Source of the DNA: an uncultured Actinomycetes bacterium
GTDB lineage: Bacteria > Actinomycetota > Thermoleophilia > Gaiellales > Gaiellaceae
Length of the DNA: 64,000 bases
NCBI GenBank assembly: GCA_963758605.1
Contig: CAVWWI010000007.1
Span: 184,593-248,592, forward strand
Direction: 5' to 3'
Shown here piece by piece: positions 56,874 to 64,000 of this stretch; positions within the stretch are counted from its first letter, which is position 1; each line of letters opens with the position of its first letter. The notes below the pieces were generated by a model. It worked only from the letters and a program-made list of their open reading frames with translations, was not told where the DNA came from and did not search any database. The translations under genes were made by a program, and so were the position numbers.

Positions 56874-57914
56874 CTACGCGCCGGATTCCGTTGGAGACGA
56901 CGATCGCCTGGCCGTCTTGTAGTAGGTGGGGACCCACTCCGGAGTGTCGGGGTCCCATCCGGCTCGGAGCGCGAGCGCGACGCTGAGTGCAAGGGAGGCC
57001 GGAAAAGCGGTGATTGGCGAGACACGCCGGTCAGCCCCCACTCCTCCTGGCGCCTTCAGCACCTGGGCACCACGGGCTCGGCAGGCTTCCTCCGCTTCCA
57101 CGATGAGGACGTCCCCCGGAGTCGGGAGGCTGAGCGCGAGGTGCGTCGCGTTGAGCGAGGTCATCGCTGCTGTCGCACCCTCTCGCGTTTCGACTCCTTC
57201 ACACGGGATGCGCGCGATCTCCTTGATGAGCAGGGCACCCTCGAGGGCGGCGGCCCATGCAGTCCACGTCCCGAGGACGACCGCTGCGGATGGCGTTCTC
57301 ACGCTGCCGAAGCACTCGTCCGCCCAGCGCTCACTGGAACGGAGTGCCCGCTCGCACGCCCCAGGAGCCCCGGCCACGGCCCTGCGAAGACCGTCGTCCG
57401 AACTGACCTCGGCCCACATGGAGAGACAGGTGAGCACCGCGCCGCAAAACGCCTGGGTGTGAGTCACAGCTCTCTGGGCCGTGATCTTGACCATTGCCTT
57501 GGCTCCGGCTGTCACTCCGATCGTCGACTGGCTGGTCGCGGTCACTGCCGCGAACGGGTGCGGGAAGCCAGGGCTCTCGATCGCCTCGATCACGTCGCGT
57601 AGCTCCCCGGAGGACGAGATGGCGAGGAGCACGTCACCCTCTCTCCAGCGGAACACGCCTTTCGCGAGCAGCCCACCCGGAACGGCCACTACCTCGATCG
57701 GACATGCGTTCCCCTCCAGCGAAGCGAGCCAGAGCGCCTGGGCAACGTGGTACGAAGCGCCGTTGCCGGTCGCAACAATGCGCCGGGTCGTGCTCCGGGC
57801 CAAGAAGCTCGCGACCTCCGCGAAACCCTCGGAGTCGTCGAGAGTCGTCTGCAGCGCTCCGGGCATCTCGAGAGCGTCCTGCCAGACGCCCGTGGATCGG
57901 ATGTCTTCGCTCAT
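56874..57914 (-). CDS. Double-SIS-domain protein (GlmS isomerase-domain / FrlB-deglycase-like)
   Basis: ATG at 57914, internal to ORF 56874..58076 (ATGA overlap with the MFS stop). RRIVATGNGASYHVAQ, VLLAISSSGELRDVIE, and a second SIS half, AAVVLGTWTAWAAALEGALLIKE. Confidence 0.75.
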   Translation of the reverse strand: MSEDIRSTGVWQDALEMPGALQTTLDDSEGFAEVASFLARSTTRRIVATGNGASYHVAQALWLASLEGNACPIEVVAVPGGLLAKGVFRWREGDVLLAISSSGELRDVIEAIESPGFPHPFAAVTATSQSTIGVTAGAKAMVKITAQRAVTHTQAFCGAVLTCLSMWAEVSSDDGLRRAVAGAPGACERALRSSERWADECFGSVRTPSAAVVLGTWTAWAAALEGALLIKEIARIPCEGVETREGATAAMTSLNATHLALSLPTPGDVLIVEAEEACRARGAQVLKAPGGVGADRRVSPITAFPASLALSVALALRAGWDPDTPEWVPTYYKTARRSSSPTESGA

Positions 57915-59083
57915 CGAGTCTCCAATTCGCTCGTACTGACGCGAGGCGCCGTTAGGCCGAGCAGTCGTACCGAGAACAGGCACAAGGCGGCACTGAGTAG
58001 ATAGGGCCATGCATCTCGGGTCGCGCCCGCCAGGGCGCCTCCAGCCGCGGCACCGATCGCGAACCCTGGCGGCCACAGGGCGCTCATGAGGCCGAAGCCG
58101 AACGCCTCGTCGAAGCCTTCGCGCTCGAGGGTCCGGGACAGCAGTGCCAAGGCAGGCGTCCAGAGCGTCGCGTACGCAACCGCGGCCGCCACCATGATCG
58201 CGGCGTAGACAAGCGCTCGCTCATCCAATACGAGGAGCGCGGACGCCCCGGCCGACATGATCAATCCCGCCCGCAGCAGCGCTGTGTGACCTCTGGCGTC
58301 GGCAACCCGGCCGACGCCGGGGTTGGAAGCAGCCTGAAGCAGTGCTGCGATTGCGAAGACGGCCCCGATTGCCCCTGGACCCCAGCCGAGCTCGTCCAGC
58401 CTGAGCGGCGCCAGGACGCCGAGGACACCCAGCAGGAGCGCCGTCAACGCGATCAGCCACGCTGCGACGTCGACGACTCGATTGCTCACGAGTGCGCGCA
58501 GCGAAGGCGCGGCGAGGCGCTCGGCACGCGGCGGCCGTGGGATCGCAGCCGCGACGGCGGCGATGAGTACGGCGAGCGCCGCAACGATCGAGAAGACGAG
58601 TGCCAGCCCGGCCCAGGCGGCGACTGCCCCGAGGAGCGGTCCGACGAGCTCTCCCGAGAAAGTGGCGGCGAACGTAACGCCGATCAACTCGCCGCGCCTG
58701 GCGGGTGGGGCGACGGCGGCCAGCCACGCCAAGGCGCCGGTGTAGGCGAACGCGCTACCAGCTCCCTGGCCGATTCTGGCTGCGAACACCAGCCACGGAG
58801 ACTCGGGAACCGTGAAGGCCGCGCTCGAGACCGCGAGCAGGATCAGCCCGGCGACAACGGTGGCCTTGACCCCGAACCGACGCGCGGTCCAGATGCTCGG
58901 CAGGGCTCCGATGAAAGCGCCCGCTGCGTAGGCCGACGTGAGCAGCCCGGCACTCGCCTTCGACAGTCCGAGCCCTTCCTCGAGATCCGGGAGGAGCGGT
59001 GCGAGAACGGAGAACAGGAGCGCCTCGAGGAAGCCGACCACGGAGGCCAGCACGAGGATCCGCCGCCAGTCGGTGCTGCTCAT
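57911..59083 (-). CDS. MFS transporter
   Basis: ORF 57911..59083, 390 aa, about 12 hydrophobic segments. Confidence 0.85.
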   Translation of the reverse strand: MSSTDWRRILVLASVVGFLEALLFSVLAPLLPDLEEGLGLSKASAGLLTSAYAAGAFIGALPSIWTARRFGVKATVVAGLILLAVSSAAFTVPESPWLVFAARIGQGAGSAFAYTGALAWLAAVAPPARRGELIGVTFAATFSGELVGPLLGAVAAWAGLALVFSIVAALAVLIAAVAAAIPRPPRAERLAAPSLRALVSNRVVDVAAWLIALTALLLGVLGVLAPLRLDELGWGPGAIGAVFAIAALLQAASNPGVGRVADARGHTALLRAGLIMSAGASALLVLDERALVYAAIMVAAAVAYATLWTPALALLSRTLEREGFDEAFGFGLMSALWPPGFAIGAAAGGALAGATRDAWPYLLSAALCLFSVRLLGLTAPRVSTSELETR

Positions 59084-59094
59084 GACGTCGCGCC

Positions 59095-60206
59095 TTATTG
59101 CTCGTCGGAGGGCCGGGTGTGATCGTGGAGGTGTTCGATCCGCGGCGGCAGCTCCAGCCGCAGATCCAGCGCGGCAAAGGACGAGTCGACCGACACCGGC
59201 GCGCGGTTCGCCACCGATTCGCGCGCGGCGGCGATGACGTCGAGCAGGTGGAGATCCTGCTCGAGGCTGGCGAGCGGAGGGCGACCGTCACGGATGGAGG
59301 AGAGCACCTCGCGGAGACCGTCGGCCCAGAGCCACGTCGGCTCGATCGCGTCGTGCTCCTCCCACGAGGCGTCCGCGTTGCGCCAGACCTCGAAGCCGTG
59401 CGGATCCCAGTCATCCCCGAGGAGGTTCGCGGTGCCCTCCGTGCCGTACAGCTCGAGCGCCGGTCGCCGGTAGCGCTGGATCGCCTGGCTCGAGACGACG
59501 GACGAGAGGGCGCCCTCGGCGTGGCGGAGGATGATGTGCGACACGTCCGGGTCCGGGTTTGCGATCTCGACGCCGCGGACTTCTCGCGTCTGCAACCGCG
59601 ACCGCCTCCGCGGCGAGCACCTCGACGACGGGGCCGAGGAGCGCAGTCAGGCTCTTGAGGTTGTAGATGCCCGCTTCACCGAGCGGGCCGGGTCCGCCCG
59701 AGTGGTACCACGTCGTCCAGTGCGAGCCGGCGTTGCCGTAGAGCGCCCGCGCGGAGTGGACGTGTCCCAGCGCACCGTCGCCCACGATCGTCCAGAACGC
59801 GCGGAGCGTCGGGAGACAGCTGGACGAACGGCGCCGCGAGCAGATGCAGGCCTCGCTCTGCGGCGAGGCGGGCGAGCGCTTCGCCTTCCTCGCGGCTCTC
59901 CGCGAAGGGCTTCTCCACGACGACGTGCTTGCCGTGCTCCAACGCAAGTCGCGCGAGCTCGGCATGAGATGCGGGCGGCGTGAGGACCACGACGACGTCG
60001 ATGTCTGCCTCCACGACCTCCCGCGCGTCGGCGGCGAGCTGCGCTCCGGGGCGGCGTCGGAGAAGCTCGGGCCACGTCTCCTTCCGGCGAGCGCAGATGG
60101 GCCCCTCGCGAGCGAGGCCGCGCGGCACGAGCCGGTCCAGCACCTGGAGGTAGGCCGGCAGAACGTTGCCCGCGCCGATGATGCCGACGACCGGCGGAAC
60201 GGTCAC
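59095..60206 (-). pseudogene. Gfo/Idh/MocA-family oxidoreductase with two frameshifts (about 59811-59813 and 59596-59597)
   Basis: N-terminus in ORF 59676..60206 (VVGIIGAGNV...KHVVVEKPFA...HLLAAPFVQLSP). Middle in ORF 59411..59965 (TLRAFWTIVGDGALGHVHSARALYGN...GAGIYNLKSLTALLGPVVEV). C-terminus in ORF 59095..59595 (TREVRGVEIANPDPDVSHIILRHAEGALSS...). Removing one C from CCC and one G from GG restores a single frame. Confidence 0.75.
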
Positions 60207-60772
60207 AGGGTTTCGGAGCCGAGGTCCCGGTACAGGGCGCCATGGACGAGTCGGACCGGCGTGTCCACACCGTCGAGGTCGCGCACGACGTCGTCGAGCC
60301 CATCCCAGCCAGACACAGTCCAGACGGCCAGGCAGCGCGGGTCCGGCCCGAGCCCGCCGATGCGGTCACAGAGGAGGTTGAGCGTCAGGCTCCTGTGCCG
60401 GTCGCGCCGCTGCGAAAAGAAGGACGCGACGTCATCTCGCCCGACGCCAGGGGCGAAGTCGAGGTACTCGCCGTAGTAGAGGCCGTTGCGGCCCTCGACA
60501 GGCTCGAGCAGGGGCTCGTAGCAGCCGGCCGTGTCGATCCGGGCGGCCAGGCGGAAGGTCTCCTCGAGGTGATCGGCCTCGCCGGAGGCGAAGATCCGCT
60601 CCCATTCGCCGATCCGCTCGAGCCCCGCCTTGCGCGAGTACCAGACCGCGACGTATTCGGGCTCCGGCCCGATGCGGAAAGTCCGACCGAGGTTGAGCAG
60701 CAGGACGTCGTCCGAGTGCTCGCTCGACCAGCCGTGCTGCCCTCGTCCGGCGGCGAAATGGAAGGCCTCCAC
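60203..60772 (-). CDS. Uncharacterised protein made of two ~95-aa internal repeats
   Basis: ORF 60203..60772 (GTG). Repeat 1: (LLVYVEYISRRPGVS)VEAFHFAAG...VLLLNLGRTFRIGPEPEYVAVW. Repeat 2: GLYYGEYLDFAPGVGRDDVASFF...LTLNLLCDRIGGLGPDPRCLAVW. Repeat 1 appears to begin upstream of the GTG, so a CTG at 60817 is a possible start. The stop overlaps the Gfo start. Confidence 0.5.
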   Translation of the reverse strand: MEAFHFAAGRGQHGWSSEHSDDVLLLNLGRTFRIGPEPEYVAVWYSRKAGLERIGEWERIFASGEADHLEETFRLAARIDTAGCYEPLLEPVEGRNGLYYGEYLDFAPGVGRDDVASFFSQRRDRHRSLTLNLLCDRIGGLGPDPRCLAVWTVSGWDGLDDVVRDLDGVDTPVRLVHGALYRDLGSETL

Positions 60773-60829
60773 CGAGACCCCGGGCCGCCGGCTGATGTAC
60801 TCGACGTAGACGAGCAGCGCGCTCTTCCC

Positions 60830-61908
60830 TCACTCCGGCTTCCGGGAAAGGAGGCAGACGGCCGCGCTGTCCCACGCGATGCCGACGGCGCTTCCGAGTT
60901 CCGGGGGTGTACCGGACTCGGCCGAGAGCTCTGCCTTCAGCGGGTCGGAAAGCCCCTCGACGTCGAGCTGGCAGGCGAAGCCCGAGCCTCGGAACGCAAC
61001 ATCCAGCACCACGCCGCGGATCCCATCGCCGGCGACCGCTCCGAGCCGGACGACCTCGGGCCGGACGACGAGCCAACCCGGCCCGACAGGCACCGCGCTG
61101 TCGGATGGAGCCGAGAACGCGGATCCCGACCAGGTCGACGGTTGCGTTGCCTCCGTTCAGCTCGACGACCTGCACGGGAAGCACGTTGGCATCGCCGACG
61201 AAGCGGGCCGCGAAGGGGGTCGCCGGGCGACGGTAGATCTCGTCCGGCGTCCCGACCTGCTCGACGTGGCCGTGGTCGAACACGACGATCCGGTCGGAGA
61301 GGGCGAGCGCCTCGCCCTGGTCGTGCGTCACGTAGACGAAGGTCGCTCCCGTCTCACGGTGCACACGACGGAGCTCCGGCCTCCATCTCGAGCCGGATGC
61401 GGAGGTCGAGTGCCGCCAGCGGCTCGTCGAGCAACAGCACGCGCGGGCGATTGACGAGCGCCCGAGCGAGCGCAACGCGCTGCAGCTGGCCGCCCGACAG
61501 CTCGTGTGCGCGACGCCGCTCGAAACCCTCCAGACGGACGAGTCGGAGGACGTCGGTCACCCGAGCCTGGACGTCGCCCTTCGACGTCCCGGCGACCCGG
61601 AGCCCGAAGGCGACGTTCTCGAAAACGTCGAGGTGCGGAAAGAGCGCCGCACGCTGGAAGACCATGTTCACCGGACGCCGATGCGGAGGCATGCGGGTGA
61701 CGTCACGCCCCTGCAGCAGGAGTCGGCCCTCGCTCGGTCGGACGAACCCGGCGACGATGCGGAGGAGCGTCGTCTTCCCGCAGCCGGAGGGGCCGAGGAG
61801 CGTCACGAACTCGCCGTCCGTGATCGTGAGCGAGACGTCCTCGAGCGCGGCGACCTGTCCGTAGCGGTGAGTGATGTCCTGCAGCTCGAGCTGGCTCTCG
61901 CCGGTCAC
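60830..61908 (-). pseudogene. PotA-like ABC ATPase with TOBE domain, two frameshifts (about 61383 and 61100-61125)
   Basis: N-terminus in ORF 61354..61908 (GPSGCGKTT, LSGGQLQR, LLLDEPLAALD). Middle in ORF 60432..61475 (PELRRVHRETGATFVYVTHDQGEALALSDRIVVFDHGHVEQVGTPDEIYRRPATPFAARFVGDAN). TOBE tail in ORF 60830..61093 (WLVVRPEVVRLG...). Confidence 0.8.
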
Positions 61909-62735
61909 GCGGCGGCCTCACCGAGAAGCGCGTCCGCGGCGCGGGTGCGGCCGCCACGAGCTGCCCGTACGGCGAACGCGAAGGCGATCACCCAGAGCAC
62001 GAGCGTGATCGCCAGCAGCATGGTGGAGACGACGTTGATCGACGGGTCGACGGTTCGGTGCAGCCGCGAGTACATGAACATCGGGAGCGTCGAATCCGGG
62101 CCGATGATGAAGAAGGTGATGATGAACTCGTCGAACGACAGGGCGAAGGCAAGCGCCGTCGCTCCGGCCAGCACTGGCCAGATCAGGGGAAGCGTCACCT
62201 TGCGGAAGATCCTCCATGGCGACGCGCCCAGGTCTGCCGCGGCCTCCTCGAGCGCCGGATCGAGACGATCAATGGCAGCCTTCGCCACGAGCAGGAAGTA
62301 CGGGAAGACGTAGACGAAATGTCCGATCATGACCGTCTTCAGCGAAAGCTGAACGTCGAGCCGCGCGTAGTACACGAGCAGTGCGATCCCGACGAACAGC
62401 CCGGGCAACGTGATCGGCAGGAAGAAGAGGAGCGCGAGCGGCACTCGCAGCCTCGGCGCGCAGCGGCTCAGCCCGTAGGCCGCCATCGTCCCGATCACGA
62501 GCGTGACGAGCGAGACGATGACCGCCACGACCGTCGAGTTCCACAGGGTGTTGCGGAAGATCTCGTCGCCGAGTGTCTCGCGGTACCAACGAAGCGAGAA
62601 ACCCGTGAACGGGAACGACACGGCACCGCTCGCATGGAACGAGAAGAGGACGACCGTCGCGAGCGGCAGGTAGAGGAAGACGAGCGCGACGACGGTCACC
62701 GTGAACGTGAGCGGACTGCGCTGGCTCTCGCTCAC
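61905..62735 (-). CDS. PotC-like ABC transporter permease
   Basis: GTG at 62735 (GTGA overlap), internal to ORF 61905..63335. EEAAADLGASPWRIFRKVTLPLIWP permease signature. Confidence 0.85.
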   Translation of the reverse strand: MSESQRSPLTFTVTVVALVFLYLPLATVVLFSFHASGAVSFPFTGFSLRWYRETLGDEIFRNTLWNSTVVAVIVSLVTLVIGTMAAYGLSRCAPRLRVPLALLFFLPITLPGLFVGIALLVYYARLDVQLSLKTVMIGHFVYVFPYFLLVAKAAIDRLDPALEEAAADLGASPWRIFRKVTLPLIWPVLAGATALAFALSFDEFIITFFIIGPDSTLPMFMYSRLHRTVDPSINVVSTMLLAITLVLWVIAFAFAVRAARGGRTRAADALLGEAAA

Positions 62736-63634
62736 GAGACGAAGCGGATCCGGTCGAGGCGCATGAGCCGCAAGGCGAACGCCACGAGCAGGTAGCAGAG
62801 GAGGAAGGCGCCGAGCATCAGGAACGAGAGTGCGGCGCCGAGCGGCCAGTTGCCGACGCCGGTCAGCGCCGCCTGGATGCGAACGCCGAGCAACGCGCCG
62901 TCGGTGCCGCCCACGAACTGGGGGGTGACGTAGTCGGACGCGGACAGGACGAACACGAGGAGGAACGCAGTTGCGGCCGGGGCCGCCACGAGCGGCAGGA
63001 TCACGCGCCGCCAGCGGGTGAACGCGTTCGCGCCGAGGTCCTGCGCCGCCTCGATCAGCGCGGGGGAAACTGGACGGAAGCCCGCATAGAGAACGAGCAC
63101 GACGTACGGCAGGAAGATGTGCACGAGCGCGATGGTGACGGCGAAGCGGTTGTAGAGGAGGAAGCCGAGGGGCTGGTCGATGATCCCGACCCTCCGCAGC
63201 CCCGAATTGAGGAGGCCGTTGCCTCCGAGGATCGACTGCCACGCGAAGATGCGTACGAGATAGCTCGCGAAGAGCGTGGCCGTGATCAGGAAGAGGACGA
63301 GGATCTGCAGGCGCCCCGCCGCGAATCGCAGCCAATAGGCGACGGGGAGCCCGACGATCACGGTCGCGGCCGCCGCGCAGAATCCGACGACGAGCGAGTT
63401 GACCGCGAGCGTCCGGTTCACGTCGGTCGTCAGTGCGTCCGAGTACGCGTCCACCGTGAACGGGCGGGATACCTCGTACAGCGAGTTCGACAGGAAGCTG
63501 TAGACGAAGAAGGTCCCGAGCGGGGCGGCGAAGAACAAGGCCAGCCCGATGGCGGCGGGCAACATCAGGGCGCCGGGCCCGAGGCGGGCCCGGCGCGTCT
63601 CGGACGGCGCTCCGGCGTCGGCCACCGCGCTCAC
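62732..63634 (-). CDS. PotB-like ABC transporter permease
   Basis: ORF 62732..63634, GTG start. IEAAQDLGANAFTRWRRVILPLV signature. Confidence 0.85.
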   Translation of the reverse strand: MSAVADAGAPSETRRARLGPGALMLPAAIGLALFFAAPLGTFFVYSFLSNSLYEVSRPFTVDAYSDALTTDVNRTLAVNSLVVGFCAAAATVIVGLPVAYWLRFAAGRLQILVLFLITATLFASYLVRIFAWQSILGGNGLLNSGLRRVGIIDQPLGFLLYNRFAVTIALVHIFLPYVVLVLYAGFRPVSPALIEAAQDLGANAFTRWRRVILPLVAAPAATAFLLVFVLSASDYVTPQFVGGTDGALLGVRIQAALTGVGNWPLGAALSFLMLGAFLLCYLLVAFALRLMRLDRIRFVS

Positions 63635-63647
63635 GCGGCCACCCGCC

Positions 63648-64000
63648 TCACGCCTGCTGCTTGATCTCTTCCCACCCCTCCTGCATCTCGCTGAACGTGA
63701 CGAACTCGTCCGAGTCGATCGGCGGGTTGCCGTAGAACGGCGCGATCTCGACCAGCTTGGAGAGACGCTCGCCGGTCGTGTCGCCCAGCTCGAGGTCGTC
63801 GTACGGGTAGAGCGCCTTCGTCTCGGCGTTGATCAGGTCGGCGGCAGCCTCCACTGTGACTGCAGCCACGAGATATTCGGCGATCCGCGCGTTCGTCTCG
63901 GGGACAAGCGTCTCGTTGATCCAGGCGTGGACCGTGTCGGCGTTGTCGGTCGTCGACGGGATCGCGTAGAGGTCGCAGAAAGAGAACGCTCCTTCCTTCG
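63648..64000 (-). CDS. PotD-like (polyamine/opine-type) substrate-binding protein, C-terminal part; gene continues past the right edge
   Basis: Manual extension of ORF 63648..63869 upstream to the window edge, with no stop: KEGAFSFCDLYAIPSTTDNADTVHAWINETLVPETNARIAEYLVAAVTVEAAADL... Confidence 0.7.
   Translation of the reverse strand, partial: KEGAFSFCDLYAIPSTTDNADTVHAWINETLVPETNARIAEYLVAAVTVEAAADLINAETKALYPYDDLELGDTTGERLSKLVEIAPFYGNPPIDSDEFVTFSEMQEGWEEIKQQA

Noticed and set aside
59590-61390. Programmed ribosomal frameshifting as the explanation for the split Gfo/Idh/MocA and PotA-like genes.
   Set aside because: There are no slippery heptamers of the X_XXY_YYZ type or downstream structures at the shift points. 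Shifts go in both directions and occur in unrelated housekeeping-type enzyme families that are never known to use recoding.

Overview
High-GC (by eye about two-thirds to 70% G+C), almost fully coding chromosomal segment of actinobacterial type. The taxon hint comes from F420/LLM and deazaflavin-type enzymes, an MMPL transporter and pervasive 4-nt stop/start overlaps. I found no rRNA, tRNA, CRISPR array, transposase or integrase.

Layout from left to right:
1. A coxMSL-type molybdenum-hydroxylase operon (coxL runs off the left edge), preceded by four translationally coupled DUF948-like membrane genes.
2. A Dpp/Opp-type peptide ABC operon, followed by a mixed catabolic set: M24 creatinase/prolidase-like, TIGR04076-like, LLM oxidoreductase, DAO-family flavoprotein, phosphotriesterase-family hydrolase and a MetE-like Zn methyltransferase.
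3. A roughly 14 kb sugar/inositol-like catabolic supercluster. It holds SDRs, an SMP-30 lactonase, three Gfo/Idh/MocA-type or Zn-ADH dehydrogenases, a TIM-barrel isomerase, a PfkB kinase, a CUT2 ABC system, a SIS protein and Eda aldolase. Two intergenic GTCTAGAC palindromes (HutC/DasR-type operator core) sit in it, but no cognate regulator lies in the window.
4. A visibly AT-richer FAD-monooxygenase-like gene, divergent from a SABATH-like carboxyl methyltransferase, an acyl-CoA ligase, a leaderless SBP-fold protein and a CMD-like protein, and convergent with a class-III aminotransferase. This is my best candidate for an undescribed small-molecule system.
5. A decayed accessory patch: a frameshifted rifampin-phosphotransferase-family gene, a multiply frameshifted methyltransferase, and a truncated ArsR-like gene.
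6. A NarL-type two-component system, an MMPL transporter and a 2TM protein, then ABM and MltG.
7. An AT-richer islet with a DUF1905/YdeI gene and a frameshifted SRPBCC gene.
8. A PadR gene (split) with a MacB-like ABC pair.
9. zf-UBP, DUF5996 (two frameshifts) and DUF2630.
10. A minus-strand operon running in from the right edge: PotD/B/C/A-like ABC system, an unknown two-repeat protein, a Gfo/Idh/MocA gene, an MFS transporter and a double-SIS protein.

A striking technical or biological signal is at least 12 single-nucleotide frame disruptions between 38 and 62 kb, against one candidate in the first 38 kb. Two of them sit in G6/C6 homopolymers. All functional calls come from reading the translations by eye; no database search was run.
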